Notes under the pieces: generated by a model
Databases searched by the model: none
Seen by the model: only the letters and a program-made list of their open reading frames with translations
Told to the model about the DNA's origin: nothing
Source of the DNA: Raja brachyura
Lineage: Eukaryota
DNA length: 64,000 nucleotides
Direction of reading: 5' to 3'
Assembly (NCBI GenBank): GCA_963514005.1
Contig: OY740785.1
Location: 38,130,001-38,194,000 of the forward strand
Shown: in pieces, positions 37,441 to 47,703 of the stretch
Position numbering within the stretch: the first letter of the stretch is position 1
How the letters are laid out: each line of letters starts with the position of its first letter
Translations under genes and position numbers: made by a program

Positions 37441-38227
37441 GTTCAGAGTTTGTATCATGGCTAAAATGGGGTCTGAAGTTGAGGTTGGCAAACATGAAAC
37501 CAATTAGTGGCGAGCAAGTTTATAAAAGTAAGTGACACTTTTGTCCATTCACTTTGTTGATGACATTTATGTTGATTGAAAAAAATTGATTCAAAGAGCA
37601 TCAGAACAACCAAGGCATAAGATAGAACCTTCCTACGGAGTGCTGTGTTTACATTCCTGTTGTGTTGTTGCAAATAAAAATGTGATTGTTCTCTTTCGGG
37701 ACATAGGATAATAAAGCACTCTTGCCACTTGACTCCAGTGCTGACCTGGTGTATCAACATATATACATCTTTTGTTACTCAATGTTACAGACAACAATTA
37801 GCCCATTGTGTACTGGGCAATCTTCAGCAAAAGTAGTTGACATTTACTTGGAATGAGCAGGTGAATGTGAATGGAACTGCCAATTGCTTTTGCTAAATCG
37901 GATGGATTTCCAAACATGATGGGTCCTTTCGTGCACCCATTTAGTGTGATTCACTTTCAGCTATCTGGAAACCACATATCTGCAGACTGGCTGCTCAATT
38001 AATGTAGAGTGCACATCATTCTTGCTCACCAGAATCCAAAGAGTTCAACTGGACAATTAGAAATCAGGTTTCAGCAACGACAGAATTAATGACCAGTAAT
38101 CTATTTGATCAAATTGAGGCTGCGTTAGAGTTTTGCTCTTTGAATAGCTGGATCATCCATATATCTTTCTGCAGTTTATAGCTGTACTCCTTTCTTTCAA
38201 CTGCACAATCAATTTTTTGTTTTGTTA

Positions 38228-38700
38228 GAATCATAGTCATACAGGCTGGAAGCAGGTTCTTTGATCCAACTTACTTGTGCTGACAAAAGCCACCCCATCC
38301 ACACCTGCCAATGCTGGGTCCCTATCCCTCAAAACGTTTCTTATCCATGTACCCTGTCCAATGTCTTTTAAATGTTGTTAGAAACATAGAAACATAGAAA
38401 ATAGGTGCAGGAGGAGGCCATTTGGCCCTTCGAGCGAGCACCGCCATTCATTGTGATCATGGCTGATCGTCCCCTATCAATCACCCGTGCCTGCCTTCTC
38501 CCCATATCCCTTGACTCCACTAGCCATAGAAACCTACAGCTTATAGTACCTGCATCAACTACCTCCTCTGGCAGCCTGTTCCATATATCCACCTCCCTCC
38601 ATGCGAGAAAGGTGCACTCAGATTCCTATTAAATCTTGCCCATCTCACTTTAAACCTATGTCCGCTGGTTTTTGATTCCCCTGCTCTGGGTAAAAGACTC
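38228..38700 (-). mobile_element. CR1 fragment containing a nested CR1 3' end (38379-38525)
   Basis: WNRLPEEVVDAGT motif; nested tail (TAGAAACA)n similar to 55632-55780. Confidence 0.72.
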
Positions 38701-38756
38701 AGATCGGTAAAAGTTTGTTTGTAGATTTCTTTATTGTACCTCCTATATTTAGGATT

Positions 38757-39097
38757 AGTTTAGTTTAGCTTAGTTGAACTTAGTTTAGTTTAGTTTAGTT
38801 TAGTTTAGTGATACAGCATGGAAACAGGCCCTTCGGCCCACCGAGTCCGCACTGACCAGCAATCCCCGCATGTTTACACTACCCTACACACAAGCGTCAC
38901 TGTTTACATTTTATACCAAGCCAATTAACCTACAAACCTTTGGAGTACGGGAGGAAACCGAAGATCTTGGAGAAAACCCACGCAGGTCATGGAAGAACAT
39001 AAAAACTCCATACAGACAAGCACCCAAAGTCAGGAACGAACCTGGTTCTTTGGCGGCTGTAAGGAAGTAGCTCTTCCGCTGTGCCACTGTAACGCCC
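38757..39097 (-). mobile_element. HE1/V-SINE with (CTAAA)n tail
   Basis: Full-length minus-strand copy; (TTTAG)n at 38757-38808. Confidence 0.82.
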
Positions 39098-39476
39098 AAC
39101 TGTAATGGAATGAAACAAAATAGGTCTACACCATCAATATGTATTACAAAATTAAATGGTAAACTGAACCCTATGGAATCCCATTGGTAATAACCTACTA
39201 GTGACCAAAACATCTGTCAACCATTATCTTTGTCTTACTGCTGCACAGCCAGTTTTGGAACCAATTTGCAATGTTTTTCACTCAGCTGCCTCAGGGGATT
39301 TTGCCAAAAGCCTTTCTGAAATTGCTGTATTCTTCTTCTTAAGCAGTGCCTTGGATGAAGGGTGACTTATTCAATTCCCCACTCTGTGGGTACTGAGGTG
39401 ACATATGAAGTTACTATGGAAATGAAGAATCTTCCACGATGGTCATGAGCCATCATTGAACGACAGAGCAGACTCG

Positions 39477-39573
39477 GTCTGAAGAAGGGTCTCGACCCGA
39501 AACGTCGCCTATCTCCTTCACTCCTTAGATGCTGCTGCACCCGCTGAGTTTCTCCAGCTTTTTGTGTAACCCC
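39477..39573 (+). mobile_element. Young 97-bp PLE-terminus element with hammerhead core, 16-bp TSD
   Basis: GTCTGAAGAAGGGTCTCGACCCGAAACGTCGCC...TTTTTGTGTAACCC flanked by CGACAGAGCAGACTCG (39461-76 and 39574-89), inserted inside a CR1 tail. Confidence 0.9.
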
Positions 39574-39750
39574 CGACAGAGCAGACTCGATGGGCCGAAT
39601 GACCTAATTCTGCTCCAATGTCTTATGAACGTATGAGCCAGAGATTCCCAAGAGTAGAGGAGATGGTGCACTTCTTCCAGGAGCATTTGTGCAGATCTTT
39701 GAATTTTTTATTTTGTTTCCCTGGTAATGTTTTTGCATGCTAAAGGTTTT

Positions 39751-39950
39751 NNNNNNNNNNNNNNNNNNNNNNNNNNNNNNNNNNNNNNNNNNNNNNNNNN
39801 NNNNNNNNNNNNNNNNNNNNNNNNNNNNNNNNNNNNNNNNNNNNNNNNNNNNNNNNNNNNNNNNNNNNNNNNNNNNNNNNNNNNNNNNNNNNNNNNNNNN
39901 NNNNNNNNNNNNNNNNNNNNNNNNNNNNNNNNNNNNNNNNNNNNNNNNNN
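39751..39950. other. Assembly gap (N)
   Basis: Run of N. Confidence 1.
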
Positions 39951-39994
39951 TGTGAAGTTCATATTTAGAACTAAATTCGTGGATACTTCTATAG

Positions 39995-40262
39995 GATAGA
40001 CACACAATGCTGGAGCAAACCAGCGGGTCAGGCAGCATCTCTTGAGAAAAGGACTAGGTGACGTTTCGGGTCTCGTTTTCTTGTCTCTGTGTGGGTCGGA
40101 GCTACAGTCGCTGGTTTAAAACCGAAGATAGACTCAAAATGCTGGAGTAACGCAGCGGGTCAGACAGCATCACTGGAGAAAATGACTAGTGACGTTTCGG
40201 GTCGAGACCCTTCTTCAGATTCATCTTCGGTGTAAACCAACATTTGCAGTTCATTCCCACAC
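39995..40262. repeat. Tandem PLE terminal repeats
   Basis: Two minus-oriented units plus a plus-strand tail. Confidence 0.75.
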
Positions 40263-40942
40263 GATACTTCTGTAGGGATCGCTGTTGTGCCCTGTTAACT
40301 GAGCCCATTCTAAGTGACCAGAATGGTGACACCAGGAACTGCAATCCACAGCATGTGGTATGTTAGGTGTCAGTAGATGGCACACCGGCAAACAAAGCGT
40401 AAAATGCACCGACCAGGTAATATTCTGCCAAAAGTGGCAGAATGTCCCATGTAAATGATGCGGGGACAACTTGATTACATTGAGCTCATCCCTTCCTCCA
40501 TTGTCTGCCATTTGCTTTACCACAAAGATTTGGAAACTGTCAGTGAGTCTGGAACCAAACCACCTAGAATTAGGATTTATGTAAAAAAAAGACTGCACGC
40601 TTAATCAAAGCACACTGGGCTGGAGACACTCGGCGGGTCAGACCATGTGGAGGGAATGGATGGGCTACGTTTCGAGTCGGGGTCCTGTTGATTACGTCTA
40701 GGGTAGGTGAGGCCCGTAGCTGAGGAGCGATCAATATTCCTGTATTTGCATTTCCTTCTGTCTCCACAGTACACTTAATTCCGATTTAGAATAAGCGAGT
40801 TTGGTATTCCGACTGCGCATGTCCAGGTCACAGGTCACTAGTGATGTACATTCTCGGCAGCTGAGTTGCTTCGTGTATACAGACCTTCGTTTCATCCGTA
40901 GTCAGACTCGAACCCGAGTGTCAGGTGCTGCAAGGGATGTTG

Positions 40943-41286
40943 AATTGCTACTGGACCGTCCCCGTACCCTCCCGAGTGTCCCATCCCTGTCCAGGGGTGG
41001 CCGGAGATGTCCGGGGTGACCCTGGACTGACGGGACACCAGCCCATCAGTGGCGGCCCCAGGCTTACAGCCAGCTCGGACCATCAGTCCAGGGCTACAGG
41101 TTAACCCTGCGGGCCAGGCATGAGTTGAGCTGGATTTAGCACTTCTTCTCCGCGCTGACTGTAAGCCTGGGGCCGCCACTGCTCCGTTCCAGTGTCACGT
41201 CAGTCCAGGGTTACCCCAGATATCTCCGGCCACCCCCCAACAGGGATGGGATACTCGGGAGGGGACGGGGACATCCAGTAGCAATT
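40943..41286. mobile_element. MITE-like GC-rich palindromic element
   Basis: About 135-bp imperfect inverted arms (AATTGCTACTGGA... / ...TCCAGTAGCAATT) around a short spacer. Confidence 0.7.
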
Positions 41287-41768
41287 AGTCTCTCTGCCTG
41301 CCTCCCATTTGCATCTGTCCCCTCTCTCTCGCTGTTACACCCTGCTCTCCCGCTACCTGGCACCCCGTTCCTCTGATTAAATATAGTTTTACACATAAAT
41401 TATGAATAGAGTTAACAATTTATAGACAGTTTATACAGCCAGCGCTTCATTCACTTTTTCTGTATCGCGAATGACCTTTGACAAATTCCATGATTCCTTG
41501 GATTTTTTGGAATACCGAACTCGCTTATTGAGTTTGATTTATACCTTAATATTCGCTTATGGTAAATCTTTAATTTTACCATCAATTATATTTTACCCAT
41601 TCATCTATATCTAAAGCACCTGTGTATGTTCTACGCACCCTAACACACTGCCCATTTGTATGCTTCATTTGGATATTTTAGGAATAAATACCAATATTTG
41701 CACATGGATATAGACACAACAGATTTCAGACGCTGGTTTACAATACAAGCCACGAAATGTTGGAATAA

Positions 41769-42547
41769 TGGGCTTGTCCCACTTAGGCGCTTTTTCAGCG
41801 GACTACCGGTGACTGTGAAGTTGCCGGCAGTCACCTGAAAAACTGGCAACTGGAACAGCGGCTGTCAGAGTGGAACACAAACACATTGCTTCCTTCACCA
41901 GCCCACTATGCAGGCGGGGGACAGGACAAGCGGGAACACTGTCTAAAAAATTCACATGGTGCAAGTCCAAGGTGAAACAGACACACACCACGATGAACAG
42001 GAAGGTTGGCGCTGTAAATAGAGGGCTAAAGCACAGTGGATGATAAGTCCTTTGAAAGAGGGAGGAGAGGGGGAGAAGGGGGGAGAAGGAGTGAAGACAA
42101 CTTTTAAGAAGCCAGATATACATGGCTGTGAAGCTCGGCGGACATTTAACATTACCGATCCATTATCCTTGGTTCCGAAAACTACTGTTTAACTTTTTTT
42201 TCCCAATGAGCCAAAGAAATTCACTGGTCAGTACCGGCTACAACCTACGAGTACCTCCGAGAACCTTCGACCTCCTGGCAACCCATTAGGACCTCGTGGC
42301 GACCCACCTACGGCTCGAGAATTCTCGCTACTCTTCATGGCGGTTTCATTCTAGTCGCTGCTAATTTTTCAACGTTGAAAATTTCACAGTGACCATAATG
42401 AGGCCGTGACTAGTTCCCAGAATGCGGGAACTCCTCACGACCATGAAGGCGACTCCCCGTCAACCACCTGTGAACATGTGGCAACCATGTGGCGACTGCA
42501 TAGTCTCCTGCAGTCGCATAAAAGGTTGCCTAAGTGGGACAGGCCCA
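41769..42547. mobile_element. Non-autonomous PIF/Harbinger-like DNA transposon, 779 bp
   Basis: 20-bp TIR TGGGC(T/C)TGTCCCACTTAGGC (19/20 match) and 3-bp TAA TSD (41766-68, 42548-50). Removing it restores a PLE repeat (..GTTGGAA-TAA-CTCAGCGGGTCAGG..). Confidence 0.85.
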
Positions 42548-42550
42548 TAA

Positions 42551-43490
42551 CTCAGCGGGTCAGGCAGCATCTCCAGAGGACGTGACGATGTGACGTTTCT
42601 TCTTCAGACTTATTGTAGATGGTGGGCTCATGTTGGCGACCTCCAAGTGGTGAGTCCTGTCAACTGACCTCAGTCAGGTGAACGACAACAAACAGAGACA
42701 GCAGCAGCGCCGCAGCTTGGCGCCAACCTGGAACATGTGCCCTTTTTAGTGCAGGCACCTACGGATGTCGAACCGGATGGCATCATCCTGCTGCAGATTT
42801 CTGCTGCCTCAACGCAAGAAGAAGATTGTACATGGGGGGGGGGGGGGGGGGGGGGGAGAGTTGGAAAAGAAGTGGAGGCTGGACAAAACCGGCCAAGTGC
42901 TTAGTGGATACAGGTGAGGGGGCGGGGAACTGGGGAGGGGGGGTTGATTGAGAGATGGGTGAATAAAGGATAGAGATGTGAGGAAGACCATGAGATAATG
43001 AGGGAAGAGGCATAACTAGTGCGGCTAGGTTGAGGGGTAAGGGGCTGGAGGTGCGAGTGGGAAGTGGGAAGGAGGTGGGATATTGTTTTCTTTTCAAGAG
43101 AGAGTTAGAGTTAGCTTTAGCTCTCAGGGCTAAGGGAATCAAGGGATATGGGGAAAAAGCCGGAATGGGATACTGATTTTGGATGATTAGCCATGATCAT
43201 ATTGAATGGCGGTGCTGGCTCGAAAGGCTGAATGGCCTACTCCTGCACCTATTTTCTACCTTTCTGTATTGTGAGAAATGGTGACATATTCAGGTGGGGC
43301 ACAGGCAAGCGAGGGGAAAAGGGGAAGGGGTATTGTTGATTAGTTACCTAAAATTGGATAATTCTATGTTCATACCATTGGATTGCAAGCTACCCAAGCG
43401 ATGAGATGCTGCGTTTCCAGTTTGTGCGTGGCCTCACGCTGGCAATGGAGGAGGCCCAGGGTACGGGAATGGGAACGGGAATTAAAATAG
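42551..43490 (-). mobile_element. Penelope-like element 3' part (GIY-YIG C-terminus, purine tract, terminal repeat), interrupted
   Basis: Minus strand 43345-43460 reads LGLLHCQREATHKLETQHLI/RLGSLQSNGMNIELSNFR*. The terminal repeat is split by the 41769-42547 element, and a CR1 tail is inserted at ~43125-43270. Confidence 0.7.
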
Positions 43491-43504
43491 TAGGCAATAG
43501 AGTG

Positions 43505-43890
43505 GAGGAGGATGCAGGGAGATCTTAGAAATTTACAAAATTGACAGAGGAGATGATTGGGTAAACGCAGAGCCTTCTGCCCCGAGTAGGGGAATCATGA
43601 ACAAGAGAACAGGTTTACGGTGAGATGATAAAGATTTAATAAGAATCCGAGGAGTAACTTTTTTATACAAAGGGCGGTGGGTGTATGCAGCGAGTAGCCA
43701 GATGAGGTAGTTGAAGCAGCTGCTATCGCAAAGTTTCAGAAACATTTGGACAGGTACATGGATAGGATAGTTTTAGAGGGATATGGCCTAAACAAAGGCA
43801 GGTGGGACAAGTGTAGATGGGACATGTTGGACGGTGTGGGCAAGTTGGGCCGTTGGGCCTGTTTCCACGCATGAGGGCTCTATGACTATA
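43505..43890 (+). mobile_element. CR1 LINE 3' fragment
   Basis: Same family as 35175-35575; ends GGGCCTGTTTCCACGC..CTCTATGACTAT. Confidence 0.78.
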
Positions 43891-44575
43891 CAACGAGGAG
43901 ATCCAGCAGGCTTTGGCGGAGGGAGTGCAGGTGTTCGGCGAAACGGCCGAACGGATATGATAGGCACACGTGCAATCCCTTGTGATATCTTATTCCTTGG
44001 GGTCCGGGCGCGTAATACAGCGGCCGAGTGAGGTACAGCTTCGGCTAGAGCAGGTTGCAGGGTATTTCAGCCGTACAGAGTTTGGTGTGTTTGCTTCAGT
44101 TTAGCCCCCCCCCCCCCCCCCCAGAGCAGCTGTTCAAATACAAGGCTACAAACTGTGACGTGACAGGGGTTTTAAAAAGGCCCTAAACCTTTGAACTGCA
44201 CCGTGATCTGTGAGGTAGTCGTCTTTCCGATGCAGGAAGTTTCTCAGCTGGTTTATTTAAGAGCCTTCTGTCCTCGTTTAAACACATCCGCAGGCAATAG
44301 AGAGTGAACAGCAAAATCAGAAAATAAGACTACCTCCTCGGGCAACCGTTTAGCAGATTTTGATCATCTTTAACATTAATGCATTGACTTTATTTGTGAT
44401 AATTTATCGACTAAAATACTGTCTCCGTATACGTCTTTTATTTTTTTTAAAATTCTCTTTTTGTAGACAATATGACGACAGGAATCAACCCAGCAAGAAT
44501 CTCACAGATATAATGATAAAGTGACCAGTTTTATATTGACTGTCGTTTCAAAGCGTCCCTACGATTGTCTTTTGT

Positions 44576-44746
44576 AGGAAGGTCTGCAGAAGCTGATTTA
44601 CACCAAATATAGACACAAAATGTTGGAGTAACTCAGCGGGTCAGGAGAAAGGGAATTGGTGACGTTTCGAGTCAAGACCCTTCTTCAGACTTTTCTCCAG
44701 AGATGCTGCCTGATCCGTCGAGTTACTCCAGAGTTTTGTGTCTATC
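44576..44746. repeat. Fold-back PLE terminal repeats
   Basis: AGACACAAAATGTTGGAGTAACTC... is inverted against ...GAGTTACTCCAGAGTTTTGTGTCT. Confidence 0.75.
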
Positions 44747-46051
44747 GACCGACCTTTGATTATCTTGCCTGAATTAATACATTATTTTTCAAAATGCATT
44801 TATATGGTGCATTTTAAACAAAGTTTATCGGCGTCTGTTATCGTATTCATTTTCCGTAATATATATAACTAGCTGCTATGCAAACCTACGCATTCGGTGC
44901 ATTGGCAACACACACCCCGTTTGGGAAAGTGGATTTGCAATCTACTCGTAGTTACATCATAGACAGACAGATGCTTACAAAGCGTCAAACCGGAAGCGCC
45001 GAACCAGACTCTTATTAGGCTTGCCCCAATTGGTCTCCCTGGAAGAATAGACCAGTACGTTTTCATGTCAGTCCCAACCTTTACTCGAATTCTCCTGAAG
45101 TAGTTTCTTATGCATTGAACAGGTCTTGTACATCCAGTCTCTGAATTAATTATGTAATTGATACAAAAACTAGTTACTTACATCTGTCGTCCCCGTCACT
45201 CCACCCGCCTCGTGGAAAATAGAAAGAGAATCTAATGAAATGCCAAACCGATGTTCGGCAAATTAGCGAGAGCATTTAAATTCCTGCAGCGGGGCTGTCA
45301 AATTTGCATTGTGTGCTGACGTAATGACTGTTTTGAGCGGCTTTATTGCATATATGCCTGTTTCATTCAGTGCACAGGCTCAACATATTCTTAAGTAAGT
45401 CGATTTTCTATTTCCAAGTGGGCTTTAAAAAATAAATCTGATTTAAAAAAACAATGAAACGTACTGATATCAGTGTTGAATTGTTATTGCGTTTTCTCCC
45501 GCAGCCTTTAAACCACAAATCACTTTCCCGTACTACCTACACGTTATGAATGGAAAGCAGAGCCTGGTCAATGCCCCACTTGAAAAGCCTTTTCATTGAT
45601 GATGTCATTCCATCCAATAGTTTGCATTGACCCATGCAAAAGCTGTCTGCTTAGGCCGACAGATTGGAGATGCTTGCTTTTCGGATGCTATATTCAATTA
45701 TATAAACATTGTAGACAGCAAAGGTAACTTTATTTTCCGAACCCCAAGGTAACTTCCCCGATTCCGAAGCACACTACTAGTTTTACCGTTACTTTTCATG
45801 GCAATTCTTAACATAGTGAACTTCGTGCCGTTTTAGCTTTTCTGGTGTTGTCAGAGATGGCGAGTTTTCACAAGCCCAAGCATTATCTTGTTCTCATTCG
45901 TCTCCTACTTTTTACAGCTCATCCAAACAGACCATCTGCGATTAACAAACCTTCACAAACCGACCCTCTTTCAACTCGGACCGCAATCGCTTGTGTTATT
46001 TAGTTTACTCGAATGGCCCATCCTATTACAGACATTCACATTCCCTACGCT

Positions 46052-46175
46052 GTCTGATGAAGGGTTCCGACCCGAAACGTCGCCTATCCATGTCCACCAG
46101 AGATGCTGCCAGACCCGTTGAGTTGCTCCAGCACTTTGTGTTCTATGTAAGATTATAGCACCTGCAGTTCCTTCT
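46052..46175 (+). repeat. PLE terminal repeat with canonical CTGATGA hammerhead core
   Basis: CTGATGA-A-GGGTTCCGACCC-GAAACGTC at 46054-46081. Confidence 0.75.
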
Positions 46176-47559
46176 GTTTCCTTATCGTTACTTATCGTAC
46201 ACCCCTCACTCCCACGTCCCCCGCCCCCCGCCCCCCCTCCTTTCTCTGCCATTGTTTGATTCGTAATTCCCCCGGGGTAACTTCGTCGACCTGCAACTTG
46301 GTGGACCCTGTATCCTTCTCCACAGCTGCTGCCTGACCAGCTGAATGTTTTCTAGTGCTACTGTTGTTATTTCGGCACCTGCAAATCTGTCTTTCAATTC
46401 ATTCAGTTGCTGTACACTGACACATTTTTTAATATAGCTCTATTTGCAAAATGTATATAACACACTCTGTGAATCTCGAAAAGTGTGATGTATTTTGCTC
46501 TTCTTCCCCCCCCCCCCCTTTTTTTTTTTGCCTGAGCTAGATGGTGCAGCAATTTGAGAAATAAATGTAACAGATGCGTCTCTTTCTGGGCTCCCGCAGC
46601 ATGTCCCATTGTGCCGAGAAAGTGCATTTTTGACGAGACGCTCGGCGTTGCTATAGTGAAGAGCAGAACTGAAGTAACAAAGCTCACACTGAAGCTGTGT
46701 TTGGGTGTCCTCGCACATCTGAAGGCTTCTTTTAAACTCTTGGAAGTGGGCGAGCCTCAGCCAAAATAAAAGTCCAACTCATAGAGCGGGGGCGGCGATA
46801 CCGTCTCGCTCTCGGCCAATGGGCGAAAAATCAACACAGTAAATGATTAAAAATAAACACACCGGCCCGACTTCAGCCACGGAACGAGCTCGCTGCATGT
46901 CGATTAATCAGTCGCAATGTCTTAAGTATTAAAACAAATTTATTGTCGAGTCCGCGAGGGGAAAGGCAACCTCTGACAATGTCAATCAATAATAAATAAT
47001 ATTGTTCGTGACAAAGGCAGATTCACTTTTATGTTCTGCTGTAAAGATGCATTCAATGCCATCACTTTTGGTGCGTGGTATGCGTTTTTAATATTGATTG
47101 GCACAACGTTATATCCTTCTTTCGTTTTCTAGAGGAGCAAACGCCGATTCAAGAAAATCCCAACTTTAACTTTGCCCCCACGTTAAAGCAAGGAATCAAG
47201 TAACAAGTCGCCTTTGCTTCGTGGTGGAAGAGGTTCTGCTTTAACACGTGCAGTCTGATGACTAAAAACTTCTGCGTTAAACCTCGGGACTCTTATTTTG
47301 CAATGGAGATGCAATTAGCTTTGTATTGCAACTCTATGAAAGCTTGTACAAAATAAGTAACCACTATGGGAGAAGATCTAGCGGCGCATTAAACAGAAAT
47401 AAAAAAATATATCATATAAAACAGAAAGCAGGCAATAGAGGCCTTCAACTTAAAGATGTTTCAAAGTGCAGAAGCGATGGTTGCGAGCAGGCTTCAAAAT
47501 AACTTAACGGTTAGTTCTTTTTATAACATAATGAAATAGTAATGAGAAAAAAACGAACC

Positions 47560-47703
47560 NNNNNNNNNNNNNNNNNNNNNNNNNNNNNNNNNNNNNNNNN
47601 NNNNNNNNNNNNNNNNNNNNNNNNNNNNNNNNNNNNNNNNNNNNNNNNNNNNNNNNNNNNNNNNNNNNNNNNNNNNNNNNNNNNNNNNNNNNNNNNNNNN
47701 NNN
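47560..47703. other. Assembly gap (N)
   Basis: Run of N. Confidence 1.
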
